Part shown: piece after piece, positions 46,964-56,324 of the stretch
Layout of the letters: every line of letters starts with the position of its first letter
Numbering within the stretch: the stretch's first letter is position 1
Virus record (IMG/VR): IMGVR_UViG_3300037493_006316
Span: 22,224-86,223 of that record
Direction: 5' to 3' (one strand)
Origin: a virus
Length of the DNA: 64,000 nucleotides
Notes under the pieces: generated by a model
The model's database searches: none
Told to the model about the DNA's origin: nothing
Seen by the model: only the letters and a program-made list of their open reading frames with translations
Translations under genes and position numbers: made by a program

Positions 46964-48975
46964 CAGCGGCTCCCCCGGGGCATGCGGTAAAGCTCCAACC
47001 CGACCAGCTCAATGTAGGAGCCTGTGGTCGCGCTGCCGTCGTGGTAGAGGGTGAACGCCGTGCGGCCGCCGATCGTCGTCGCGAACCACGATGCCGACGT
47101 GGTGATGTCCGCCCCGGGCGCCGTCATCGTCCCCGTCGCGGACTGGCACCGCACACGCTGGCCCGTCTCGGGATCGCGGAAGGACGTGGCGCCGACGTTG
47201 GTGAACACGTCGTGGCGGCGGCTGTCGCAGATGCTGACCTGCAACTCGGCAGCCCAGGTGCGGGTCGAGCCGGCGGTGACCGTCTGGACAAGCTGCTCGG
47301 CGAACGTGGTGACGTAGCAAGCGGCCCGCAGGGCGGTGTTGCTGCCGCTGTTCGTCAGCCGCAGGCCCGTGGTGGGCGTGGTGGGCGCCGCGTTGGCGGT
47401 GGTGATGCCGCAGATGTGCACGAACCCTGCGGTGCCGGAGGGCTCTTCACCGCGCACCAGCGCCTTGATGAGCCACGCATCGCGCCGCGAGCCCCCCAAC
47501 AAGGCCGTCCAGCCGGCGGGCCACACCTGGATGCTCGGGCTCTGGGTGGTGCCGCCGTTGACCAGCCGCAACCCGGTCGCGCCCAGCGTCATCGTCCGGG
47601 TGTCCGACGACCCGTTGCGGACGTAGGCGCGTGTCGTCACGCCGTCCGCGGCTTTCAACTCGGCCAACCAAGCGACGCTCGACACCGTGTCGGCGGTCGA
47701 CGACCCCAGCGTCCAGTTGCCGTCGTTGAACATCAGCCGGTCGACCAACTTGTAGCCGCCCAGTGCGCTCGACGGGCTGACGGACACGGTGACGACGCTG
47801 TAGCCCTTGACCAACGCGGCGTCGGTGATCGTCAACAGGAAAACGTAGGTCTGCCCGTCGACCAGCCCGGCTGCCGTGTACGGCCCGAGGCCCGAGCCGC
47901 TGATGGTGACGCCGGAACCGCTGGACTCGGTGAGTGCGTAGTTGTATGGCGCGGTTCCGCCCGATGCCGCGCCCCACGTCCCGATGGTGACCGTGGTCGT
48001 CCCAGCGGCAAGCGCTTGGCCGGCGGGCGCGGCGCCCGATGTGACGCCGGCCGCGGTGGCCGCCACGGTGACTGCGCCCTGAACCACACGGCTTGTGCCG
48101 TTGGCGTCGGTGACAGTCCGCTGCATCACGACCGTTTGGCCGTTCACCAAGCCGCTGACCGTGGTTGCGCCTGCGCCTGCGCCCGCAGTGCTGAGGCTGG
48201 CGGTGGTGCTCGCGGCCTGCGAGTCGTAGACCACGCCGGGGTCGCTGTACTCGTAGGGCGCCGTCCCCCCGGTCGGCGTCGTCCAGGTCAGCACCGCCGA
48301 CGTGTTGCCGGCCGTGACCGAGGCCGCCGCGGGGGCCGCCCACGACAGCGCCGGCGACTCCGAGACCTCGATCCAGTGCGGATCGGCGGCGGCCTCTTGC
48401 AGGTCCAGCGTGCGCACCGCGGTCAGCACCGCCATGGCGCCCAAGCCGTTGGACACCGGGATGACGTAGGGCCCGAGGCCCGACCCGCTCACCGGGGTGA
48501 TGGAGTCGCCGGTCGCCGTGTCGGTCACCACCAAGACGTAGGTGATGCCGCTGGCGGGCGCGCCAGGGTGCGTCCAGGTCCGCGTGACCGTCGCCGTGCC
48601 CGACGCCTCGGGCGGGCCCTGCGCGGGCGGCGTGGGCGCCGTCAGCGGCGCCATGCGCACCGCCAGAGCGACGGTCACCACGGAGCTGCCGGAGCTTGCG
48701 GCGCCAGTCAGCGTGTAGCCGTAGACCTTGCCGGACTCCAGGCCCGACGCGACGCTCATGCTGTACGGCCCAGCCCCCGAGCCCGAGACGGTGGCCACCG
48801 GGGCGGGCGCGCCGGACTGGTCGACCCCTTCGACGGTGACGGTGACCGACTCGGACCACGACCCGACGACGATGGGGCCCGCGCCCGTCTCGTCCCAGGC
48901 GATGAGCACCGGTTCAGGCGAGTCGGGCGGCGTGGGGCCGCTGGTGTCGCGGCCGTAGAGCGAGCCGTAGAGCAT
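46963..48975 (-). CDS. Ig/FnIII-like repeat virion surface protein (head fiber/decoration)
   Basis: Repeated SGSG(A/L)GPY and GGTAPY.Y, GL..G.TY.F motifs; Ser/Thr/Gly rich. Confidence 0.65.
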   Translation of the reverse strand: MLYGSLYGRDTSGPTPPDSPEPVLIAWDETGAGPIVVGSWSESVTVTVEGVDQSGAPAPVATVSGSGAGPYSMSVASGLESGKVYGYTLTGAASSGSSVVTVALAVRMAPLTAPTPPAQGPPEASGTATVTRTWTHPGAPASGITYVLVVTDTATGDSITPVSGSGLGPYVIPVSNGLGAMAVLTAVRTLDLQEAAADPHWIEVSESPALSWAAPAAASVTAGNTSAVLTWTTPTGGTAPYEYSDPGVVYDSQAASTTASLSTAGAGAGATTVSGLVNGQTVVMQRTVTDANGTSRVVQGAVTVAATAAGVTSGAAPAGQALAAGTTTVTIGTWGAASGGTAPYNYALTESSGSGVTISGSGLGPYTAAGLVDGQTYVFLLTITDAALVKGYSVVTVSVSPSSALGGYKLVDRLMFNDGNWTLGSSTADTVSSVAWLAELKAADGVTTRAYVRNGSSDTRTMTLGATGLRLVNGGTTQSPSIQVWPAGWTALLGGSRRDAWLIKALVRGEEPSGTAGFVHICGITTANAAPTTPTTGLRLTNSGSNTALRAACYVTTFAEQLVQTVTAGSTRTWAAELQVSICDSRRHDVFTNVGATSFRDPETGQRVRCQSATGTMTAPGADITTSASWFATTIGGRTAFTLYHDGSATTGSYIELVGLELYRMPRGSR

Positions 48976-48978
48976 GGG

Positions 48979-49410
48979 TCAGCTCCGCTTGGTCAGGCCG
49001 CGAACCCCGATGAAGCCGTCATCGGTCGGGGTGCCGGCGATGTTTTTGACCGTGCAGGTCAGGCCGATGCCGTTGCCGTACTGCAGGATGAACGTGTCCG
49101 CGGTGATCGCGACCTCGGTCTCCAGCCGCCACGACCCGTCTGGGTAGTCGCGGGGCGTAGTGATCTTGGTGCGGTCCACCACGAACTCCACCCACCGCCA
49201 GAGGCAGAGGTCGGCGCCCGTCGCGCCCGGCGGCAGCAGCACCACCCACTCGACCTCGGTGTTGGTGAAGCCCTCGGGCCGGGCCTGCAGCGAGGTCGTC
49301 GGGTCCGCCATGTTCGCGGAAAACCGCGCCACCGCAGAGAACTTGGCGTCCGGGTTGCCAACGCGCGCGTCCGGCGCCAGTCCGCGGAGGTTCTGGTCGT
49401 GGGTGCTCAA
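48979..49410 (-). CDS. hypothetical virion protein
   Basis: AGGAG RBS; TTGA overlap with portal stop. Confidence 0.55.
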   Translation of the reverse strand: MSTHDQNLRGLAPDARVGNPDAKFSAVARFSANMADPTTSLQARPEGFTNTEVEWVVLLPPGATGADLCLWRWVEFVVDRTKITTPRDYPDGSWRLETEVAITADTFILQYGNGIGLTCTVKNIAGTPTDDGFIGVRGLTKRS

Positions 49411-51206
49411 GTGCGCTCCTGGGGCCAGGCAAAGCGCGAGCGCGCCGCCTTGGCCAGCGGGGTCGGTGTGGGCGCCGGGGGGCGCGGCGAGGGGGCCGGG
49501 GGGCGCGGCGAGGGGGCCGGAGCGGCCGGCGGCGCCTCGGGCGCCGCACCAAAGCCGTCATCGGTGGCAGAGGGCTGCAGCTTCGCGGTCATGGCTGCGG
49601 AGAAGGTCCCGTTCTGGATCCAGTTCCACGGGTTCGCGTCGTAGGCCGCCCGCTCGGCCGGGCTGCACTGGCCCAGCTCGCGCGCGGGCCAGTAGGGAGG
49701 CACCGGGACATCGCCGCGCAGCACGCGGGCCTCGTTGGGCGTGCAGTCGGTCGCGACGCGCATCTGGTAGACCTTGGCGTCCCGCTCGGGGTCCATCTCG
49801 CCGTAGTGCCAGCGCACCACGAGGTCAGGATGGCAGCGGCGCGCCATGGGCGTCAGGATGTGGTCGGTGATGTGCCCGAGCAGCGACTGCAGGCCGTCGG
49901 CGCGAGCCAGCTCGATCTCGGTCGCGCGGTTCGCCTCGTTCATCGACGCGCCCGAGCCGCCGGCCCAGGGCTTGGCGTTGATGCTGCTCGGGTCCTCGCG
50001 GTAGACCGCGCAGGTGAGCGCGACCAGCGCAGAGAGCCACGTCTCGAAGCCCATCTCGTTGTTGCTGCGCTTGAGCTCGATCCGATCCATGCCGCTGTCG
50101 GCGTCCGGCGCCGTCAGCACCAGCGGCTGGTGCGCGCGGTCCACGCCCTGGGCGGCGCTCTGCAGCTGCTGGATGAACCGGCTGGCGGCGTCGGGGTCCT
50201 GGGCGCCCTTGAGCAAGATCGCGAAGTCGGGCTGGAAGCCGTCGCGGAAGAAGTTCGCGTTGTACTGGAAAACTCCCATGAACGCGGCAATCAGCTCGGC
50301 GGCCGTCTCCACGGTCGACGGGTTGTACCCGGCCCACTGGATGTCCGTGCGCGTCTTCGCGTCGCCGACGATCAGCTCGTCGTCCTTGTAGAACCGCTCG
50401 GGGATGCCGTCGCGAATGAGCACCCAGCGCATGGAGTCGACGTGCGCGCCATAGAGGTCCCGCAACAGGGCCTTGCGGCCCTCAGGTGTGACCGGCACTT
50501 GGCGCTCGATCCAGCCCGAGCCGAAGGTGCTCTGGGCGATCCAGTCGGCCAGGGGCAGGATCAGAGCGCCATCGACAGGCTCCCAGCCCACGATCCGCCG
50601 GTCGTCGGCCGCCCAATAGAGCGGCGCCACTACCGGGCGGTTGATCGTGAGGTAGTCCTCGGCGAGCCTGATCATGAAGTCCGACAGGGTGTCCCCCTGC
50701 TTCGGCTCCTCCATGAAGGTCTCAAACTGCCGTATGACCGGCCCGAAGCCGCGCGGCACGCGGCCGTCGGGGCGCAGGGCGTCGCGGTGCGTGATCTCCC
50801 AGCCCACCTCGTGGCGCTGGCCATCCCAGCGGCGGCACACCCGGCGCAGCTTGGCGTGCACCGCGGCGTGCACCACCTGGATGATCGCCACGCCCTCACG
50901 CAGGCGCCGCAGCGCATCGAAGGTCAGCAGGGCCCGGCCGGAGCCTGCGCCGCGCGGCACGGCGCCGCCCATGTCGCGGGCCATCGTCCGGGGCAGCTTC
51001 GGGACCGGGCTCACCGCGCCGGCGCGCTGGGACCGCCGCTGCAGCTCGGCGTAGGCCTCGGGGGTCAGCTGCAGCCCACCGTCCGCCAGCCGGCGCATGC
51101 CTGCGGCGATGATGTCTTCGCCCATCGCCCGCAGCTCGCGCCGCTCGGAGTTGCGCTGCACCTCGGCGCTGATGGTGCCCGGCAGGTCCGTCGGGTCGTA
51201 GGTCAC
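49407..51206 (-). CDS. portal protein (SPO1/Twort-like)
   Basis: EPVDGALI, GYNPSTVE, YNANFFRDG, MGFETWLSALVALTCAVYREDPSSIN, TPNEAR. Confidence 0.85.
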   Translation of the reverse strand: MTYDPTDLPGTISAEVQRNSERRELRAMGEDIIAAGMRRLADGGLQLTPEAYAELQRRSQRAGAVSPVPKLPRTMARDMGGAVPRGAGSGRALLTFDALRRLREGVAIIQVVHAAVHAKLRRVCRRWDGQRHEVGWEITHRDALRPDGRVPRGFGPVIRQFETFMEEPKQGDTLSDFMIRLAEDYLTINRPVVAPLYWAADDRRIVGWEPVDGALILPLADWIAQSTFGSGWIERQVPVTPEGRKALLRDLYGAHVDSMRWVLIRDGIPERFYKDDELIVGDAKTRTDIQWAGYNPSTVETAAELIAAFMGVFQYNANFFRDGFQPDFAILLKGAQDPDAASRFIQQLQSAAQGVDRAHQPLVLTAPDADSGMDRIELKRSNNEMGFETWLSALVALTCAVYREDPSSINAKPWAGGSGASMNEANRATEIELARADGLQSLLGHITDHILTPMARRCHPDLVVRWHYGEMDPERDAKVYQMRVATDCTPNEARVLRGDVPVPPYWPARELGQCSPAERAAYDANPWNWIQNGTFSAAMTAKLQPSATDDGFGAAPEAPPAAPAPSPRPPAPSPRPPAPTPTPLAKAARSRFAWPQERT

Positions 51207-51583
51207 TGGCGCCTCTCGACGGTGGTGCTGATCCGCCACTGCGTCCCGCACACGCAGGCGAAGTCGTAGGGCAGCCGCAGCGTCTCGACCTTGCGCAGCT
51301 CGCTGTCGGCCCGGTCGTAGCAGCACGGCTTGCCGTTCAGCGTGTACTTGCCGTCGATGAAACGCGGCACCTCAGGGTGCAGCAGCGTCGAGGCGTTTGA
51401 CGGCGCTCGGCCGTTGGCGGCTTGGTAGGCAGCCACGCCCAGAGCGGCGATGTCGCGCGTGTCGCGGATCAGCTCGATCTTGTAGTTGAGCTGCATCCGC
51501 TCGGCCTGCGGCGCCTGCACGTGCCGATCCATCGCGCCCGTGCGCATCAAGGCTCGCTGCAGGTTGGAGGTCAGGCCGTGCAC
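51203..51583 (-). CDS. hypothetical protein with Cys pairs
   Basis: PCC...CVCG; between terminase and portal. Confidence 0.55.
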   Translation of the reverse strand: MHGLTSNLQRALMRTGAMDRHVQAPQAERMQLNYKIELIRDTRDIAALGVAAYQAANGRAPSNASTLLHPEVPRFIDGKYTLNGKPCCYDRADSELRKVETLRLPYDFACVCGTQWRISTTVERRQ

Positions 51584-51615
51584 GGCGCCACTGTACCCCC
51601 GGCGCGGCGCCGGGG

Positions 51616-53529
51616 CTACTCAGCGGCGATCTGCGCGGGGTTCTGACCGCTCATCGGGGGCGCCAGCCGCGACAGAGCCACGTCGGCGTAGAGCTCGGCG
51701 TGCGCGAAGTGCGGGTCCAGCCCGATGTGCTCGGCCCGCAGCGTGAAGCGGCCCGTCCGGCCCTCGGGGTCGGTGGCGAGGTTCGACCGCAGGATGGCCA
51801 CGCGCTGCAGGTGAAGCGCGTAGAGGTCCAGTGCCACCCGCACCGGCTGCCAGGCGCCGCCCGAGAGGTTGGCCGCCAGCACGGGCTGGCCCTTCTGCAC
51901 AGGCAGCTTCTGCAGCAGCTCGTCAGGCTTGGGCCAGCACTTCAGGCCCTGTTTCCACATGCCCAACGACCACTGAAAACCCGTTGTCCGCGCGACATTG
52001 ACCACGTAGGGGAACTTGGCCTCGCCCTTCTCTCGCTTCTTCTTCGTCGCGTCGCCCCAGGCGACCATCGACGCGCCCGGGCCACTCTCGACGTAGTTGC
52101 ACAGCCAGACCTTGCCTCGGAACGCCGTCGCGAACTTGCGCGCGTGGTCCCACTCGGGCTGGCTGTCGACCACGCAGTAGCGCACGCGGTAGCGGCCCAT
52201 CATCTCGGCGAGGCGCTCCCACGGGTCTCCGGCGCCCTGGTTGCGGTGCACCACCTCGACGTGCACCGTCGCGTAGTGCCCCGAGGCCGTGCGCTGCTTG
52301 AGCACCGCCACGAGGTAGCCGCGCTGCACGTCCACGCCCATCGCCGTGTAGCCGCCGTTCTCCTCCAGCCACTCGGGCGGCTGCAGGGCGATCCACCGCA
52401 GGCGCGGGTCCACGCTTGCGGCCAGCGCGTCTGCCGAGACCGGAACGCTCTCGGTCGACAGGTAGGGCATGCCCCGCTTGCTGTTGTGGAACTCCTGAAC
52501 GTCGAGCCCAGGCTGGTTGAATGCGTCCCACATCCGCGCGGCCGGCCACATGGGGTTCAAGAACTGCGGCAGCTGGTAGCTGCGCTGGCCGTGGTTCTGC
52601 GCGGCGTGCGGCTCCCACCAGCCAACGCGCGGGTCGGTCAAGATCGTGCCGCACTTCGGGCACCAGTAGACCACGTCGCCCCAGCGGCGCCGCTCGAGCG
52701 GCGTCATGCCGCCAAAGGGGACGCCGGCGTGGGTGAAGGCGTGCTCGGCCTTGGCCCGGAGCTGCGGCGTGGCGGAGCGCAGGTCCAGCACGCACTCGGG
52801 CCAGGACAGCGACAGCACGATGCCGTCGACGCAGCCGCAGTCGCTGTGAAAGAAGCGCTGATCGCCGCGCAGGAAGTACTTGTGGATGTCGCTGTCGGGG
52901 AACATCGCCGTGCTGACGTAGCGGGACAGCGGGTCCTTTTGCGCCGACGTGCGCTCCTCCGCGCGCTGGATGTCGCCCGCGTCCATCCGGCGCACCTCGT
53001 CGAAGAACACGCCCTGCATCGGGGTGCCCTCCGTCGTGCTCTTGCCGGCCACCGACAGGAACATGAACGTCGTGGCGCCGAACGCCTTGATGTGCGCGGT
53101 GTCGACGTCGTCCTTGTCGGCGGTGCCGCGGCCCAGCCACGCGCCGAGCTCGGGCGAGGACCGCACCATCGGCGAAAACCGCGACCGAGAGAAGGTCACC
53201 GGCAGGTGGTTGTCGGGGAAGTAGTACCCGATGTTCGCGCCCCAGCGCACGATGCCGGCCCGCAACAGCTCGGCCATGATCCACACCGACTTGCCCGACT
53301 GTGCGCCGGCCATGACCACGATGTAGGCGGCCGTCGCCTCGTAGAGCTCGCGCAGGTGCGAGAACGTTGCAAGGTCGAAGGGTCGGCCGTCGATGACAAG
53401 GCCGTAGTGCTGCACGAACTGGTGAAGGTTTGCGCGCGGGTCGAACGGGCAGGCCGTCGACCGGAACATCGACAGCACCTGCATCAGCGTCGCGAGCTGC
53501 AGGTCGGCGGCGCCGATCGGCTGCTTCAT
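51616..53529 (-). CDS. terminase large subunit (GpA-like)
   Basis: Walker A AGAQSGKS, Walker B VFFDEV, YVSTA, CPKCG, MGVDVQ, VVDSQP, DPHFAHA. Confidence 0.88.
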   Translation of the reverse strand: MKQPIGAADLQLATLMQVLSMFRSTACPFDPRANLHQFVQHYGLVIDGRPFDLATFSHLRELYEATAAYIVVMAGAQSGKSVWIMAELLRAGIVRWGANIGYYFPDNHLPVTFSRSRFSPMVRSSPELGAWLGRGTADKDDVDTAHIKAFGATTFMFLSVAGKSTTEGTPMQGVFFDEVRRMDAGDIQRAEERTSAQKDPLSRYVSTAMFPDSDIHKYFLRGDQRFFHSDCGCVDGIVLSLSWPECVLDLRSATPQLRAKAEHAFTHAGVPFGGMTPLERRRWGDVVYWCPKCGTILTDPRVGWWEPHAAQNHGQRSYQLPQFLNPMWPAARMWDAFNQPGLDVQEFHNSKRGMPYLSTESVPVSADALAASVDPRLRWIALQPPEWLEENGGYTAMGVDVQRGYLVAVLKQRTASGHYATVHVEVVHRNQGAGDPWERLAEMMGRYRVRYCVVDSQPEWDHARKFATAFRGKVWLCNYVESGPGASMVAWGDATKKKREKGEAKFPYVVNVARTTGFQWSLGMWKQGLKCWPKPDELLQKLPVQKGQPVLAANLSGGAWQPVRVALDLYALHLQRVAILRSNLATDPEGRTGRFTLRAEHIGLDPHFAHAELYADVALSRLAPPMSGQNPAQIAAE

Positions 53530-54203
53530 CGACCGACCTTGTGCGCGGCGTCGACCAGCTCGTGCTTGGCCGACTGCATGCGGCCCACCGCGGCGGCGAC
53601 CGCGGCGGCGACGTCGGCCTCGAACCGGCTGTGCAGCTCGGTCGGGATGTACCGCTTGGCGGCGGCGCCCATCATCTTGGCAAGGTCAAGCATCAGCGGC
53701 AGCATCTCGCCGCGCATGACCTCCTCTGCGTCGAGCGCCTTGCGCGCGAAGCCCACCATCTCGCCGTGGTCGATGGCGGCCCGGCTCGTGAGCTTGTAGG
53801 CCCGCACCCGGGCGTGATGGAAGTCCAGGTCGGTGACCTGCTGCGCCGCGCCCTCGAAGGCGACGCCGAGACGCGAGGCCGCCTCCTCCTGGGCCAGCAT
53901 GGCCAGCATGCGGTCGCTGAGCTCGAAGGGCAGGTCCTGCATCGACAGTGCGTGGAGCGCGACCGGGACCTTGACGTCCAGCAACTGCGGGTCGGCGGTC
54001 ATGCGCTCGACCGTCTCGCGGCCCTTGGCCGACAGGCTCTTGAGGAACCAGGCGGCCCCCTGCGGCCCGCGGTCGCGCTCCGCCTTGTGCCGGAAGCACC
54101 GCCCGGTGTCCGGGTTGGCCTTGGCCTGGCACCGCAGGCCCGAGGCCAGCGCGGCGCCGCACGCGCCGGGCTTGACCTGCATGCTCCCGCGGGGCTTGGC
54201 CAT
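53526..54203 (-). CDS. terminase small subunit (probable)
   Basis: CGA..SGLRCQ...TGRCFRH (HGGxSTG-like Zn motif); ATGA-coupled to the large subunit. Confidence 0.65.
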   Translation of the reverse strand: MAKPRGSMQVKPGACGAALASGLRCQAKANPDTGRCFRHKAERDRGPQGAAWFLKSLSAKGRETVERMTADPQLLDVKVPVALHALSMQDLPFELSDRMLAMLAQEEAASRLGVAFEGAAQQVTDLDFHHARVRAYKLTSRAAIDHGEMVGFARKALDAEEVMRGEMLPLMLDLAKMMGAAAKRYIPTELHSRFEADVAAAVAAAVGRMQSAKHELVDAAHKVGR

Positions 54204-54988
54204 CAGCCCTCCCCGTCGTAGGACTCGCGGTTGCCGTTCAGGCGATCGCGGTGCCGGCCGATGGCCTTCAGCACCGCGGGGGCGTTGAGGAGCACGCTCG
54301 GCGGTGCCGCCATGTCGACGCGCAGCGCGTCGAGTCGCACGGCCAGGTCAGGGGTCAGCTCCCGCGGGTCAATGACAGGCAGCCCGTCGAGGGCCAGCCA
54401 GGACAGGGCCAGGGCGCGGGCGCCATCCTGACCCCCACCGAAGGCGCCCGTCACCCCGTTGAGGGCGCGCACGGTCGGGCGATCGGCGTCGGACAGGTGG
54501 CCCGGCACGATGCGACCGAAGCCCGTCGTATGAGGCGTCGAGCTCACCAGGTGCAGCCCGACGTCGTTGAGCAGCTCGAGCCAGAAAGAACCGACCCAGT
54601 CGGCCAGCTGCTCCACCCACACCTCGCCCGACGCACGCCGCGGCAGCATGGTCGCGAAGTCAATGGCCGCAGCCCAGCCGCCGTGCGCCAGATCGTCGCC
54701 CCAGGCTGGGACGTGGGTCGACGACATCCGCGGCGACCACGCCGTGCTCCGGCCCACCTGCGGGCAGCCCGCGTCGAGCCAGTCAGCGTAGCGGTGGTGC
54801 TCGATCCGCCAGACCTGCTGTGGGATCTGCCCGTGGGCCAGGGTGATCGGCACGCGCAGCCGGTGGTCTGCGGCGCGCGCGACGAGGTCAGCAAGCGCGG
54901 CGGCGAGCGCCGGCGCGACCTTGCAGTCCTTGGCGGCGTGAATGCCGACGGGCGGCGCGACGGTGGCGATGATGGTGGGGCTCGACAT
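54203..54988 (-). CDS. hypothetical protein, possibly degenerate M15-type peptidase
   Basis: ALAAALADLVA...QQ...AHGGWAAAIDF...GLH....TPH loosely follows the M15 H-x6/7-D...H layout. Confidence 0.3.
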   Translation of the reverse strand: MSSPTIIATVAPPVGIHAAKDCKVAPALAAALADLVARAADHRLRVPITLAHGQIPQQVWRIEHHRYADWLDAGCPQVGRSTAWSPRMSSTHVPAWGDDLAHGGWAAAIDFATMLPRRASGEVWVEQLADWVGSFWLELLNDVGLHLVSSTPHTTGFGRIVPGHLSDADRPTVRALNGVTGAFGGGQDGARALALSWLALDGLPVIDPRELTPDLAVRLDALRVDMAAPPSVLLNAPAVLKAIGRHRDRLNGNRESYDGEG

Positions 54989-55006
54989 GCATGCTCCGAG
55001 GGATGG

Positions 55007-55420
55007 TCAGCCGAACAGCCCGCGCTGTGCGGGCGCCAGCGGCGTGGTGGGTGGCTTGCGGGGTGGCGCCGGCGCCGGCCAGGGGGTGGGCTCGAGCTCT
55101 GGCGCCCGGGCGGGCTGCAGCGCCTTGGGCACGGCCACCGGCGGCGAGGCGAAGACGCCCAGGCTCTCCGCCGGCGGCTCGCTGGCTCGGTCGTAGCCGT
55201 CGAGCACCGTCAGCCGCAGGCCGAAGGTGCCGTCGGGCTGCTCGACCATGGCGCCGGGCTCCATTGCCCACACGCGGTCGCCGTCCTCATCGAACGACTC
55301 GCGGAAGACCCGCCAGCCGCGCTCGTTGGCCTCCCACACCGCCGCCCTCAGCGAGGGGGCGCGCAGGAAGCCGCCGCGGGCGCCGGACCGCGGGGCCACG
55401 ATCCACAGGCGCTCGCTCAC
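55007..55420 (-). CDS. hypothetical protein ending in clamp-motif-like QRGLFG
   Basis: GTGA coupling; Pro-rich linker followed by QRGLF. Confidence 0.5.
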   Translation of the reverse strand: MSERLWIVAPRSGARGGFLRAPSLRAAVWEANERGWRVFRESFDEDGDRVWAMEPGAMVEQPDGTFGLRLTVLDGYDRASEPPAESLGVFASPPVAVPKALQPARAPELEPTPWPAPAPPRKPPTTPLAPAQRGLFG

Positions 55421-55959
55421 TCGGCCACCGCGCGCCGGACCTCGGCCGCGAAGACTTGGGCGCGGGCATCTGGCAGGACCCACAGGCCGGGCTGCGCCGG
55501 AAGCTCAACCTCGCCGCCGACGTAGACCGCGCTGTGCACCGGCCACGTCTGCCCGACCGCGACGCCGGTCCACGGCTGCGACCACGTCGAGGGCTGCAGG
55601 TCCTCGACTGGCCCGACGCGCACCAGCCCGACGACCCGGTTGGCCGTCGAGCCCCAAAACAAGGCGCGGTCGCGACGCCCCATTACGACGTACTTCTCGT
55701 CGCCGCGCACGAAGACGTAGCGGTCGAGCAGCGGCGAGCGCGTGCGCGCCACCGCCCAGCCGGCCCGCTCGGCCGCCTGCACAAGCAGCTCGCGGCGCTC
55801 GTCGGTCTGCGCTGCCGTCTCCGCCTCGACGGCCCCGTGGTGGATGGCCACGGGCGACACACCCCGCATCACGGGCAGGGCCGCAGCGACGGTGAAGCGG
55901 TCGGCGCGCAGGAGCATGAGCCCGAAGGCAACCTCGCCGGGAACGGAGACGGCGCGCAT
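55417..55959 (-). CDS. hypothetical protein
   Basis: TGATG coupling with mazG-like gene. Confidence 0.55.
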   Translation of the reverse strand: MRAVSVPGEVAFGLMLLRADRFTVAAALPVMRGVSPVAIHHGAVEAETAAQTDERRELLVQAAERAGWAVARTRSPLLDRYVFVRGDEKYVVMGRRDRALFWGSTANRVVGLVRVGPVEDLQPSTWSQPWTGVAVGQTWPVHSAVYVGGEVELPAQPGLWVLPDARAQVFAAEVRRAVAE

Positions 55960-56324
55960 CAGGCCACCTTCCCGCCGTGGCGGTAGCTGCGGGTCTCGTT
56001 GAACGCCATCTTGGCCCGCACTTCGCGCTCAAGGTCGATGCCCAGGGCGCCCGCGAGGTCCATCACGCGGATGACGATGTCGGCCAACTCGGTGGGGAAG
56101 CCCTCGGGCTTGCCGTCGGACTCCCGGACCACCGTCTGCATCTTGCCAACGCGGTAGTCCTCGAGGGCCTCGCTGGTCTCGCTGTGGATGAGGCACAGCT
56201 TCTCGGGGACGGTCGCGGCCACCGCCTGGCGGTTGAGACCGCCGGGCTCGCACTGCGCGTCCCACCACCCCTTGGAGACGGCGGTGCTGTGGGCGCGGTT
56301 GGCGAGGTCTTGAAGACTGCTCAT
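55959..56324 (-). CDS. MazG-like nucleotide pyrophosphohydrolase
   Basis: KLCLIHSETSEALEDYR, ELADIVIRVMDL, KMAFNETRSYRHGGK; AGGAG RBS. Confidence 0.85.
   Translation of the reverse strand: MSSLQDLANRAHSTAVSKGWWDAQCEPGGLNRQAVAATVPEKLCLIHSETSEALEDYRVGKMQTVVRESDGKPEGFPTELADIVIRVMDLAGALGIDLEREVRAKMAFNETRSYRHGGKVA

Noticed and set aside
49470-49525. 21-bp tandem repeat
   Set aside because: Encodes the PAPSPRP low-complexity tail of the portal protein
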